From NCBI GenBank assembly GCA_964458305.1, contig CAYWIH010000006.1:5884-69883 (forward strand): 64,000 nucleotides of DNA, read 5' to 3'. Source of the stretch: an uncultured bacterium. Its GTDB lineage: Bacteria; Cyanobacteriota; Cyanobacteriia; Cyanobacteriales; JASJDA01. Below the pieces are notes generated by a model. The model saw only the letters and a list, made by a program, of their open reading frames with translations. It was not told the DNA's origin and searched no databases. The stretch's first letter is position 1, and every line of letters begins with the position of its first letter. Below are positions 30,693-40,756 of the stretch, one piece after another. The position numbers were made by a program, and so were the translations under genes.

Positions 30693-32510
30693 TTATGCCG
30701 GATAAATTCTCAATCTGCGATTTGGTTCTTCGCCAAAACTATCGGATTGCAAGCGATAGTGTTCGACTAATTCGTGCTGCATTTTCCGTACTTTCGGCGA
30801 TCGCGGCAGTAATTCTACTGGTTGACCTTTAGGAATTACGATTTGTTCTACAGCCAATCTAGCTTCTTCTAACGCCTCAATTTCGTCGTCAGTACCGTCT
30901 TGGACGAATAAACGCAAGTCTGCTGCTTCGGGTGTTTTCGGATCGTCCATGTTTAAAATCCGTCGCAAAGCCCTAGTTATTTGGGGAATGGTGCTGGATT
31001 TAATCGCGTGGATCGGAATTTGTCGAGCTTTGGCAATTTGCCGCAGTTTGCTGTGATTTTTGACGTGCGATCGCAGAGCGATCGTCGCATCAGCATTACT
31101 CATGTCTTTTGTCAAGACCACTGGTAAATTCATTATTTCGATGACTTGCTCGATTTGAGAGCGACCGATCCCGTAAGGATAAATATAAATCGGCCAGTCT
31201 TCGCCGTTGGGGCCTGGGGTTCTAATTTTGTCGCTAAATTCTTCTTCAGGGCGATTCCAAGAGCTAGCTAACATTTTCTCAAAATCTGAATTAGCCTTCT
31301 GATTTGGCGAACCTAGGGGTGCTAGGGGGGTCATTCTGCCCGAAGCTCTCCAACCTCCTGGTTTTAAAGGTGCTTCGATCGAGTTAGCTGTTGATAAGGA
31401 ACTACTATCATTGCGACTGGGAGCTTGGTGGGTGATTTTAACTTCGCCATTTTCATCGACCGTGCGAATTTGCAAGACTGGTTCTTTGCCTCGCAATAAG
31501 TAATCTACCGTAGCGGCAACATCTTCGTGAACCACCCAGCTTTGCCGATCTTGCATTTCTACGGCTATTTCGAAGGTAGGTGGAGCTTTGCGCTCTAGAA
31601 CGGTTTTTTGCGAGCCTCTGCGTCTGGCTTCGTCGTCTCCGAGGGTAACAGCTTGTATTCCCCCAACTAAATCGGACAGGGTCGGATTTTTAATCAGATT
31701 TTCGAGACGATTGCCGTGGGCCGTGCCGACTAATTGTACTCCTCGCTCGGCGATCGTTCTAGCAGCTAAAGCTTCTAATTCCGTACCAATTTCATCGATG
31801 ACGATTACTTCTGGCATATGGTTTTCTACTGCTTCGATCATCACCTGATGTTGCAATTCTGGACGAGCTACCTGCATTCTTCTGGCCCTGCCGATCGCGG
31901 GGTGAGGAATATCGCCATCTCCGGCAATTTCGTTAGAAGTATCGATAATTACAACTCTTTTGTTAAAATCATCCGCCAATACTCGCGCTATTTCCCGCAA
32001 TGCTGTAGTTTTTCCTACCCCAGGACGACCTAATAATAGGATGCTGCGTCCGGTTTCGATTAAATCTCTAATACTAACGATCGTGCCAAAAATTGCCCTA
32101 CCAACGCGGCAGGTTAAGCCAATAATGTCCCCAGATCGGTTGCGAATAGCACTGATACGGTGTAAAGTTCTCTCGATACCCGCTCTATTGTCGCCGCTAA
32201 AAATACCGACTCGCTCGATACAATAGCGCAAATCTGCTTTAGATACTGGAGTTTCGCCAAGATAACTTACTTTGTCTTGAAAACGGGCTTCTGGAATTCT
32301 CCCCAAATCCATCACTATTTCGACAACTTTTTCTTGTTGGGGGTGTTTTTGGATTTTAGTTCGAATTGCTTCGGGGACGATCTCCAATAATTTATTTAGA
32401 TCGTCTGTAATTAGCATTCTTTGGTTGGGATTTTTCTCCTGCATCGATTGAGGGTTTTGTGGGGTAATAACTTTTTTTTCTATAGAATTGGTGGCGGGTC
32501 GCTGTTCCAT
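30693..32510 (-). CDS. Ycf45/SpoIIIAA-like AAA ATPase with a C-terminal R3H nucleic-acid-binding domain
   Basis: 605 aa. Walker A 'GRPGVGKTT', Walker B 'VIVIDEIG'. The C-terminal 'RKMQHELVEHYRLQSDSFGEEPNRRLRIYP' carries the R-x3-H motif. Confidence 0.75.
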   Translation of the reverse strand: MEQRPATNSIEKKVITPQNPQSMQEKNPNQRMLITDDLNKLLEIVPEAIRTKIQKHPQQEKVVEIVMDLGRIPEARFQDKVSYLGETPVSKADLRYCIERVGIFSGDNRAGIERTLHRISAIRNRSGDIIGLTCRVGRAIFGTIVSIRDLIETGRSILLLGRPGVGKTTALREIARVLADDFNKRVVIIDTSNEIAGDGDIPHPAIGRARRMQVARPELQHQVMIEAVENHMPEVIVIDEIGTELEALAARTIAERGVQLVGTAHGNRLENLIKNPTLSDLVGGIQAVTLGDDEARRRGSQKTVLERKAPPTFEIAVEMQDRQSWVVHEDVAATVDYLLRGKEPVLQIRTVDENGEVKITHQAPSRNDSSSLSTANSIEAPLKPGGWRASGRMTPLAPLGSPNQKANSDFEKMLASSWNRPEEEFSDKIRTPGPNGEDWPIYIYPYGIGRSQIEQVIEIMNLPVVLTKDMSNADATIALRSHVKNHSKLRQIAKARQIPIHAIKSSTIPQITRALRRILNMDDPKTPEAADLRLFVQDGTDDEIEALEEARLAVEQIVIPKGQPVELLPRSPKVRKMQHELVEHYRLQSDSFGEEPNRRLRIYPA

Positions 32511-32525
32511 ATACAGTTTATTTTG

Positions 32526-33689
32526 TTAAACATTAATTTTGTCGCTTGGTTGTGTTGTACACAACTTCTTAGAAAAAAAGCAAATTTTTTCTTCTTGTTT
32601 GAGCTGAGAAACTAACGAATATGCTAGTTCTGTAGCCTCTGATAGTAAATCGGAATATTCTTCTAAACCGAGGGAATGTTTTGGTGTCGCACGAGGAAGA
32701 TCCGATCCTTTGTTTGACTTTGCTAAAGCATCCAATTTTTCTAATTTTTCTAAAATTGGCGATAAAAGAGAACGGGCGTAGCTGCCATAAGCTACTCCTG
32801 CTATGTAGGGCGATTTTTGATAATTATTTTTAAGCAGCCCTAGGGCTTGAATTTTGCTAACTGTAACATGGTTAGTACCCCCTGCAAGCTGAACGTATCC
32901 TGGTAAGTTGGCTTCAATTACTTTTTGAGCTAATTTAACGGTCGCTCGAGTAGTTCCCGCGCCGATATCTCCGCTCATCGGACGGCCGTCTGTTTGCCAA
33001 ACTAAAGGTATTGGTAGCGGAGTAATAGTTTCATAAAGGTATTTTAGATAGTCAATTAAACCCGGGCGATCGCCGCAACTAATTGAGATTAATTTCAGTT
33101 TTTCGATCTGGGGTGATATTGCTTGCCAGAGTTGTTTGAAAGCGATTTCGTTTCCTACTGCGGTATGAATTTCGATCGCATCTACATCCATTGCTCCAAT
33201 TTCAGCAGCGATCGCTTCTTTTTTTACCTCGATCGATCTAGTTGTAATTATTTCTACCGGACATACTGGCAAACACCTGCCACATCCATAACAACGATCG
33301 GCTATTATTGCCGTATCTCTTGCTGCGATCTCTTTAAAATCTATTGCTGCTGCGGGGCAAATTGTTTGGCAGGGACGAGAACATCCTGCAAGGCATTCTT
33401 GCCAATTGAATTGTGCTTTGCGAAAATGAGGATCTTCTCCATCGTTGAGACTGACCATTAATAATGGTTTTCTCTTTAGCAGTTGCAATTGATTTGCTCT
33501 TTCGATCGCTTCTTTTGCTGCTTTAATTACCGCTCGATCTGCTGCCACGTCGATACAGTCAGCCCCAGCAAGTGTATATGCTAAAACTAAACTGCGAACG
33601 GCTGGGAGGTGTTGAAAGCTGGCCCCGCAAATTAATTTGAACCAGTTACCTTTTTCTAAAGAATCTATCGAATCGTGCAGCTTTGTCAC
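32526..33689 (-). CDS. ldpA: LdpA-like iron-sulfur protein (circadian clock redox input)
   Basis: 387 aa. N-terminus 'NWFKLICGASFQHLPAVRSL', ferredoxin-type 'CYGCGRCLPVCP' and a second Cys cluster 'CSRPCQTICP'. Confidence 0.75.
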   Translation of the reverse strand: MTKLHDSIDSLEKGNWFKLICGASFQHLPAVRSLVLAYTLAGADCIDVAADRAVIKAAKEAIERANQLQLLKRKPLLMVSLNDGEDPHFRKAQFNWQECLAGCSRPCQTICPAAAIDFKEIAARDTAIIADRCYGCGRCLPVCPVEIITTRSIEVKKEAIAAEIGAMDVDAIEIHTAVGNEIAFKQLWQAISPQIEKLKLISISCGDRPGLIDYLKYLYETITPLPIPLVWQTDGRPMSGDIGAGTTRATVKLAQKVIEANLPGYVQLAGGTNHVTVSKIQALGLLKNNYQKSPYIAGVAYGSYARSLLSPILEKLEKLDALAKSNKGSDLPRATPKHSLGLEEYSDLLSEATELAYSLVSQLKQEEKICFFSKKLCTTQPSDKINV

Positions 33690-33899
33690 TACTTATTTTT
33701 TTTTATTTTTTGGCAGTTGTTAGGATCTCATGAGCCTTATTTTACCTATTTTTATCTCGATCGTGTTTATTGTAACACGTAATAATACAAAAAGCTCGAA
33801 CTGGGCAGGTCTAGTTGAGAATTGATTTTTCTAATTTAAATTTGCTTCTCAATTCTGAGTTTTAAAAGCTGTCGATGTGTTCGCTTGCGGGTATCGTGA

Positions 33900-34388
33900 C
33901 TATTCGATCGCAATTTTTTCTTGTTTAACTACATCGTCTAATAAGCCGCTACAAGAATCGAGCAGAAGATCGATAACGCGATCGAATCCTTCAGCCCCAC
34001 CATAATAAGGATCGGGAACTTCTTTTTCGGAATGGTTAGTGGCAAAATCGCACATCAATTTAACTTTATCGCGGTATTTTCCTTGTCGATCGAGAGCAAG
34101 GATATCGCGATAGTTACTGCGATCCATAGCCAAAATCAGATCGAATTCGGTAAAATCGGCAACTTGGAACTGTCTGGCACTACCTTTTAGGGTTATGCCT
34201 CGTTTTTGTGCGGCAAAAGTCATCCTCCGATCGGGGGCTGAACCGATATGATAGCTAGAAGTGCCGGCCGAGTCGCAAATAATGGCATCATCCAAGTTAG
34301 CTTTAGTAATTAAATAATTCATAATATTTTCTGCTGAAGGAGAGCGACAAATATTACCCAAGCAGACGAAAAGTAATTTATAAGACAT
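33900..34388 (-). CDS. Low-molecular-weight protein-tyrosine phosphatase
   Basis: 162 aa. P-loop 'CLGNICRSP' (C-x5-R-S) and 'DPYYGG' carrying the catalytic Asp. Confidence 0.87.
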   Translation of the reverse strand: MSYKLLFVCLGNICRSPSAENIMNYLITKANLDDAIICDSAGTSSYHIGSAPDRRMTFAAQKRGITLKGSARQFQVADFTEFDLILAMDRSNYRDILALDRQGKYRDKVKLMCDFATNHSEKEVPDPYYGGAEGFDRVIDLLLDSCSGLLDDVVKQEKIAIE

Positions 34389-34469
34389 ATTTTTAAATTT
34401 TGAAAGTAATTTTTTAGTCGGGAACGCTCGCCGACTAAAATCATTTAACTATGGATTAGCTCGATCGAA

Positions 34470-34814
34470 TTACATACCGGGAATATTTAAGCCGCTAGTC
34501 AATTCTTCCATGCGAACCCGCATCGTTTCTGTAGATTTATTGTAAGCATCTTTCATAGCTGCCGATACTGCTTCGGAAAGTTTTTCCGCACCTAAAGATA
34601 GTGCATCGGCAGAAATTTCGACGCGACGGGGTTCTTGGTTGCCGCTCATAACAACTTTAATCGAGCCGTCCTGACTTTCGCCGGTAATTTCCATTTGCTC
34701 GAGTTCTTCTTGAAGTTCTTTAGCACCTTGTTGAACTTGCTGAGCCTTTTTAACTGCATCAGCTAGTTCTTTCATTTTGCCTAAACCGAATCCAAATCCT
34801 TTTCCTTGTGCCAT
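34470..34814 (-). CDS. ybaB: YbaB/EbfC family nucleoid-associated protein
   Basis: 114 aa with typical size. The pattern '[33 protein letters not shown]' fits the family. Confidence 0.85.
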   Translation of the reverse strand: MAQGKGFGFGLGKMKELADAVKKAQQVQQGAKELQEELEQMEITGESQDGSIKVVMSGNQEPRRVEISADALSLGAEKLSEAVSAAMKDAYNKSTETMRVRMEELTSGLNIPGM

Positions 34815-34921
34815 TTTAGTAATTTATCGATTTTAGTTTACAAAGTTTAACTTTACTGGAGAGAATTCACCTTTATTCAATTTTAATAGTCTGAGGTTGT
34901 CAAAACTCGATCGAGGCTGGT

Positions 34922-35863
34922 TTAAAACTCTCCCACCAATTTTACTTCTGGGTGTAATTTTAATAACCAACGATCTTCGACTCTTTCTTGAACGTGGTGA
35001 ATGAGTTTTAAGATATCATCGGCGGTAGCATTACCGCAGTTAAGAATAAAATTAGCGTGACGTTGAGAGACGATCGCGCCGCCAATTTGGTATCCTTTCA
35101 AACCGATCTGTTCGATCAGCCAGCCAGCAGCATAATCTTGGGGGTTGCGAAATACGCTACCGCAACTGGGTCGATCGTAAGGTTGTTTGCTTCTGCGATC
35201 GTGTAAATTTTTTGTGGTGGTAGCGATCGATTCTGCTTTTGAAAAACCTGGTTCTAATTTAAAGGTAGCTTCGACGACTAAACGGCGATCGCCCTGTAAA
35301 ATCGAACTGCGATATTGATAATTTAGCCGATCGACTGCGAGGGTTTCTATTTCTTGTTCGGGAGAAACTACTACGGTGTTAACTAAGAGATCGGCGATAC
35401 ATTTATTGTGAGCACCTGCATTCATAACTACCGCACCGCCAACCGTTCCGGGAATGCCTACGGCCCATTCTAAACCTTGCCAGCCTTGTTTGGCGGCCAG
35501 CCAAGCCAAACGAGCGATCGGTTCTCCTGCGCCTACGGTAATCGTACCTGTTTCGGGATCGAATTTGCGGTAACGAAGGTGACGAGTGCCGATAGTCAAG
35601 CCGGGAATACCGCGATCGCTTACTAAGAGGTTAGATCCCGCACCTAAAACGGTAAGAGGTATGTCTTGGGACTGATACCATTCTAGAGTGGCTTCTAATT
35701 CATCCCAATTGCTTGGAGCTACGTACCATTGAGCTAGCCCCCCTACTCGTAAAGAAGTTAAATGAGACAAAGAAACTTGCGGCTTAATTAAGCATTCCGT
35801 TCCGGGCAATTTAATCGCTGAAACAGTCTTTTGTAGGGGGGCATACTGAGAGATAGTTTTCAT
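34922..35863 (-). CDS. murB: UDP-N-acetylenolpyruvoylglucosamine reductase
   Basis: 313 aa. FAD-binding PCMH domain ('LGAGSNLL', 'GGAVVMNAGAH') and a C-terminal MurB domain ('GSVFRNP'). Confidence 0.92.
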   Translation of the reverse strand: MKTISQYAPLQKTVSAIKLPGTECLIKPQVSLSHLTSLRVGGLAQWYVAPSNWDELEATLEWYQSQDIPLTVLGAGSNLLVSDRGIPGLTIGTRHLRYRKFDPETGTITVGAGEPIARLAWLAAKQGWQGLEWAVGIPGTVGGAVVMNAGAHNKCIADLLVNTVVVSPEQEIETLAVDRLNYQYRSSILQGDRRLVVEATFKLEPGFSKAESIATTTKNLHDRRSKQPYDRPSCGSVFRNPQDYAAGWLIEQIGLKGYQIGGAIVSQRHANFILNCGNATADDILKLIHHVQERVEDRWLLKLHPEVKLVGEF

Positions 35864-36010
35864 AAGATAGGCAATTGCTGCTCGATTGTATGACTGTTAA
35901 ATTAGGAGGATTGTTTCTTAATCTGGCTGGAGTCAAGTTTAGTTCTTTTCCCCTAAAAGTGATGTTTTCTCCGATCTCAGAGATTTCTGTTGCGGTGGAA
36001 TTGAAGTTTT

Positions 36011-37450
36011 TCAGGCCGATTTTTTTTGCGATCGACAGGACAATAAATCTATTAATTTCGGTATGGTTTGATTGAGATTTCCCGCGCCTAAAAATAAAAC
36101 TAAATCTCCCGGACGCAAATTTTCTTGTAATAATTCATTAAGATCGTTGTCACTAGGATGGTACAAAACATTTTTATTTTTTTTGTGACGGGCTGAGATT
36201 GCCGATGCTACCGTAGCCCCACTAATATTATTAAAATTGGTTTCTCCGGCACTATAAATGTCTGTGACAATTACTAAATCGGCATCTTCAAAAGCGGCTG
36301 CAAATTCTGCTAAAAATGTTGCGGTGCGACTGTAGCGGTGAGGTTGAAATACGGCAATTAACCTTTTGCGACTCAGGCCGTCGATTTGCAAGCGAGCTGC
36401 AGCTAGGGTAACGCGAATTTCGCTCGGGTGGTGAGCGTAATCATCTACGAGGGTAATATTATTCACACTACCTCGCACTTCAAAGCGTCTTTTAGCCCCC
36501 TCAAAATTAGAAATCGCATCAGAGATTACCTCGAAGCTCAAACCTCGCTCTCGTCCCACTGCAACAGTTGCTAGAGCGTTACTTAAGTTATGCTTGCCCA
36601 GTAGGGGCGATCGTAATCTTCCCAACAATTGTCCTTTTTCCCAAATTTCAGCCACAGTTTCGCTGCTGTGATAGCTTACATTTTTTGCGGTGTAGTCAGC
36701 ATCTTTCTCCGGGTCGATACTGTAGGAAATACTGGGAAAACCCTCTAGTTCGAGCAGTTTTTGCGTATTTTCACAGTCGATACAAGCAACAATTGTTTCG
36801 CATTGGCTGGCGAAAGTTTGAAATATTTTGACTACTTCAGCTAAATTTTGGTAGCGATCGGTATGATCTAGTTCGATATTAGTAATTACACCGATTTTGG
36901 CAGTATATTTAACTAGAGAGCCGTCGGATTCGTCTGCTTCGGCAACTAGAACGTTACTCCGACCCGAGCGAGCATTTCCACCCCAAGCATCTACTTCTCC
37001 GCCAATAATAACCGTCGGATCTAAACCGCCTTGTAAAAGTACGTAGCCGATTAAACTGCTGGTGGTTGTTTTGCCGTGAGTTCCGGCTACGGCGATACTC
37101 TGATAGTCTGCAATTAAAGCCGCTAAAAGATCGGAGCGATGATAAATTGGATAGCCGCGATCGCGACAGGCTCGATATTCTTGATTATTGGGATCGATCG
37201 CAGTCGAACAAACTACTTGTGGGCTAAAAAATGCCCCTTGAGTTGCTAAAAAATCTAAATTATTGCTCGTTTGGGAATCAAAAATAGTCGCGCCAACTTT
37301 TGCCAAACGACGAGTAATGTGAGTCGATCGCAGATCCGAACCCGATACTGGTAAATCGCGCTCGGCTAAAATGTAAGCTAAAGCAGACATCCCGATTCCG
37401 CCAATACCGATGAAATGGAAAGGTCTGCCCTTGAGATCGATAGTTTTCAA
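36011..37450 (-). CDS. murC: UDP-N-acetylmuramate--L-alanine ligase
   Basis: 479 aa. 'GIGGIGMSALA' and the Mur ligase P-loop 'GTHGKTTTSSL'. It lies upstream of murB on the same strand. Confidence 0.92.
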   Translation of the reverse strand: MKTIDLKGRPFHFIGIGGIGMSALAYILAERDLPVSGSDLRSTHITRRLAKVGATIFDSQTSNNLDFLATQGAFFSPQVVCSTAIDPNNQEYRACRDRGYPIYHRSDLLAALIADYQSIAVAGTHGKTTTSSLIGYVLLQGGLDPTVIIGGEVDAWGGNARSGRSNVLVAEADESDGSLVKYTAKIGVITNIELDHTDRYQNLAEVVKIFQTFASQCETIVACIDCENTQKLLELEGFPSISYSIDPEKDADYTAKNVSYHSSETVAEIWEKGQLLGRLRSPLLGKHNLSNALATVAVGRERGLSFEVISDAISNFEGAKRRFEVRGSVNNITLVDDYAHHPSEIRVTLAAARLQIDGLSRKRLIAVFQPHRYSRTATFLAEFAAAFEDADLVIVTDIYSAGETNFNNISGATVASAISARHKKNKNVLYHPSDNDLNELLQENLRPGDLVLFLGAGNLNQTIPKLIDLLSCRSQKKSA

Positions 37451-37945
37451 AATTTGCTCTCCTTAAACACCACAACAGATTAAAAACACGGTTCTTCAGA
37501 TCGCTTGCGAAATAATACCAGTAATTTCCGATCGAATCTGTAAATATTTTTATTGCTGGAGATTTTTTAACCTTGAAGTGCTATTTTTAGACCCTCAGCC
37601 GATGCTTGTAAAATTTAGTTTATTTAAAGTTTATTTAAAGCTCTAAGTGTTTGTCTTAGAATGACACAGTTTTGGGCAATTGTCTGTTTTAAAGCTGACG
37701 TTCCCTAAAAATCGGCAAATTCAGGCAATAAAAGAGAAAGAGAGGTTTTTCTGGGGCAAAAGCCAGCAGAAAGCTAGAGGAGATCGAGATTTTTAATCCG
37801 ATCGATCTTCGAGAATTTTCAGATCTCGATCGGGCATTGCAGATAAATTAAGTTTGCAGATCGAAAAGTTGGAAGTTATAAGATATTATTGGTTTCATTA
37901 AGAATAATTTAATTTATTTAGTTAACACAAAGAGGGCAAGAAAAA

Positions 37946-38959
37946 GTGATTAGAGTAGCGATCAATGGTTTCGGACGCATCGGACGTAATTTTTTAAGAT
38001 GCTGGCTGGGAAGAGAAAATAGTCAATTGGAAGTTATTGGCATTAACGATACCTCCGATCCCAAAACAAACGCGCACTTGCTCAAATACGATTCGATGCT
38101 AGGAAAACTAGACGCTGATATTAAAGCAGACGAAAATTCCCTAATAGTAAACGGAAAAACGATTAAGTGTTTTTCCGATCGCAATCCTTTAAACTTGCCC
38201 TGGGATTCTTGGGGAATCGATCTAGTAATCGAATCTACTGGCGTATTTGTTACTGAAGAGGGTGCTTCTAAGCACTTAGCCGCTGGTGCAAAACAAGTTT
38301 TAATTACTGCACCAGGTAAAGGAGGAAATGTCGGAACTTACGTAATTGGAGTTAACGACAGTCAATACAAGCACGGTGAATATAAAGTAGTCAGTAATGC
38401 TAGCTGTACTACTAACTGTCTCGCTCCCATAGCTAAAGTTATTAACGATAATTTTGGCATCATTAAAGGTACGATGACTACTACTCACAGTTACACTGGC
38501 GATCAGCGCATTCTCGATGCTAGCCATCGCGATCTGCGTCGCGCTAGAGCTGCTGCAATCAACATCGTACCTACTTCTACTGGTGCTGCAAAAGCGGTTG
38601 CTTTGGTCATTCCAGAACTTAAAGGTAAGTTAAACGGTATTGCTTTGCGAGTACCCACTCCTAACGTTTCTGTAGTCGATTTAGTGGTTCAAGTTGAAAA
38701 AAGCACTATAGCCGAACAAGTTAATGAAGTTCTTAAAAAAGCTTCGGAAACTTCTATGAAAGGAGTTTTAGGTTATAACGATCTTCCTTTAGTTTCTTGC
38801 GATTTTCGCTGTACTGATGATTCTTCTATTGTCGATGCCAGTCTGACTATGGTTATGGGTGGCGATATGGTTAAAGTTGTAGGTTGGTACGACAACGAAT
38901 GGGGTTACTCTCAAAGAGTCGTTGACTTGGCTGAGTTAGTTGCTAAAAATTGGCAATAA
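37946..38959 (+). CDS. gap2: Glyceraldehyde-3-phosphate dehydrogenase (Calvin-cycle Gap2 type)
   Basis: 337 aa with a GTG start. '[15 protein letters not shown]' and catalytic '[12 protein letters not shown]'. Confidence 0.92.
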   Translation: MIRVAINGFGRIGRNFLRCWLGRENSQLEVIGINDTSDPKTNAHLLKYDSMLGKLDADIKADENSLIVNGKTIKCFSDRNPLNLPWDSWGIDLVIESTGVFVTEEGASKHLAAGAKQVLITAPGKGGNVGTYVIGVNDSQYKHGEYKVVSNASCTTNCLAPIAKVINDNFGIIKGTMTTTHSYTGDQRILDASHRDLRRARAAAINIVPTSTGAAKAVALVIPELKGKLNGIALRVPTPNVSVVDLVVQVEKSTIAEQVNEVLKKASETSMKGVLGYNDLPLVSCDFRCTDDSSIVDASLTMVMGGDMVKVVGWYDNEWGYSQRVVDLAELVAKNWQ

Positions 38960-39061
38960 ATTTTACTGTTAGCTGTTTGCTCTTGGCTGTTTGCTTTTAA
39001 GTAGAGAATTAGTTATTGAAAATTCATACTTTCGATCGCCAATCAACAACGGCTTTTATCC

Positions 39062-39099
39062 TCCCCAGGTTTATTATTTAAGCTTGGGGATTTTATTTT
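39062..39099 (+). terminator. Putative intrinsic terminator of gap2
   Basis: 8-bp stem 'tccccagg'/'cttgggga' with one G:U pair, followed directly by 'ttttatttta'. Confidence 0.55.
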
Positions 39100-40231
39100 A
39101 AAAGGAAACTTCGATCTCTTCATCGACAACCACTAAGATATTTTCTCGATCGAACTGCTCGAGATAAGCTCGAATTATTTGGTTGAGCGCAATTTCGTTG
39201 TCTATCGTATCGTAAAATAAAAGACTAACAATAATAGATTCTTCTGCAATGATTCTGTTGTTGCTATCGCGAAACTGTTCTTCGGTTTTAAAAATTGTCA
39301 GTCCGTTAGGAAAGCGGGGCGTAATTACATTCTTAATAAACGTATCTAAATCGTTGTCAGAAACTCGATCGCGAGGGGCATAATTATCTTTAAGAAATAA
39401 ATTAACTTCGATCGATTCGGGATTAATATCGTTATCGATAAGATTATTTTCAGCACCAAAACTAACGGTAATATCTTCGTTAACTGCTAATAAAACGCTT
39501 TCTTGGTCGAATTGCTGAATGTATGATTTAATAATTTCATCGATTGCAATTTCATTTTCTAAAGTATCTTTTAATAACAGGGTTACTACTTGAGAAGGTT
39601 CTTGAATAATTGTATTGCTGCGATCTCTATATTGCCCGTCCGCATCAAAAATCGTAAATCCATTAGGAAAACGAGGTGTAATATTATTATCGACAAAGTT
39701 AGCAAATTCTCTTTGAGAAACCTCTTTGCCATTTGGCATACTGCGTCCGAAAAATAAATTGACTTCAATAAATTCGGGATTAGGATTGTTTTCAATTAGA
39801 TTTTCACCTGCGCCAAATCCAACTTTTAATTCATCTTTATTGGTTACTTTTAAGATATTTTTTTCCTCGAATTCTTCTCTATAAGCCGCAGCAATTCGCT
39901 CGATCGCGATTTGGTTTCGATCGCTATCTTCAATAAATAAAGTCACGACTTTAGAGAAGGTTTCGCTAATTTTACCGCTACTATTGCCAAATTGTCTTCT
40001 TGCGTCGAAAATAGTTAATCCATCAGGAAATCGAGGGGTAATATTATTATCGACAAAAGCAGCAAATTCCGTTTCAGAAACTTGCTTTCCTTCGGGAAGA
40101 TTGAGATCGAAAAATAAGTCTTTTTGAATTAGATAAGAGTCTTTTGTTTGCGGATAATCCGTTGCAATTGCTGCGACTATAGCTATAGTTGTCAATAGAT
40201 TTTGTGAAGTTTTTAGTAGTAATCGAATCAT
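39098..40231 (-). CDS. Secreted protein built from three tandem ~115-aa repeats (DUF3574-like)
   Basis: 377 aa with an N-terminal hydrophobic leader. Three copies of the module 'F..FVDN.ITPRFP.G.TIFDA..Q...S...I.E.S.VV.L...D......I..I...Y...F...'. Confidence 0.6.
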   Translation of the reverse strand: MIRLLLKTSQNLLTTIAIVAAIATDYPQTKDSYLIQKDLFFDLNLPEGKQVSETEFAAFVDNNITPRFPDGLTIFDARRQFGNSSGKISETFSKVVTLFIEDSDRNQIAIERIAAAYREEFEEKNILKVTNKDELKVGFGAGENLIENNPNPEFIEVNLFFGRSMPNGKEVSQREFANFVDNNITPRFPNGFTIFDADGQYRDRSNTIIQEPSQVVTLLLKDTLENEIAIDEIIKSYIQQFDQESVLLAVNEDITVSFGAENNLIDNDINPESIEVNLFLKDNYAPRDRVSDNDLDTFIKNVITPRFPNGLTIFKTEEQFRDSNNRIIAEESIIVSLLFYDTIDNEIALNQIIRAYLEQFDRENILVVVDEEIEVSF

Positions 40232-40756
40232 GAAGATATTCCTCTTTTTTTTAAATTGCTCTGTTTTACTTTTGAATTTTAAATTTTAGTTGATTCTTTT
40301 TTTTAGATGGCAAGTTAGAGCGAAGTAAAATAATAGTATTTTTTTAAAGTAATAAAAATGCAAGTTTAGGTAGTAATTCACCGGAAATAGGAGGATTTTT
40401 AGCTATTTCTTTTTAGAGCCAATAATTTTCATTTATTTAGCTAATGGCTGAAAATTGGGATAAGGATCGATCGAGTTGCTAGCAATGATTATATAATAAT
40501 TGTTTTTTACTCCGATCGTTTCTCAAAAATTAATTACAAATAGTTCGAGTCAATTTTTTTTAGAGATAAAGGGATTCGATCGCTAATAAAAAACACTGAA
40601 CTGTCTTGGAATGCCGAGAAACTTTAAAAGCAACAAACTGGTGATAACCTCAGTAACAAGATAGTAACAATTGAATGTTATCGTAATTAATTATGTGTCT
40701 AATCTTCATAAGAAGAATTTGCCTAACTCTTTGAATTAGATAGTAATTACAATTAA

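Noticed and set aside
37617-37638. Tandem 11-mer 'agtttatttaa' x2 in the murC-gap2 divergent spacer
   Set aside because: There are only two copies of an AT-rich unit, which is compatible with slippage in low-complexity DNA. No further periodicity was seen.
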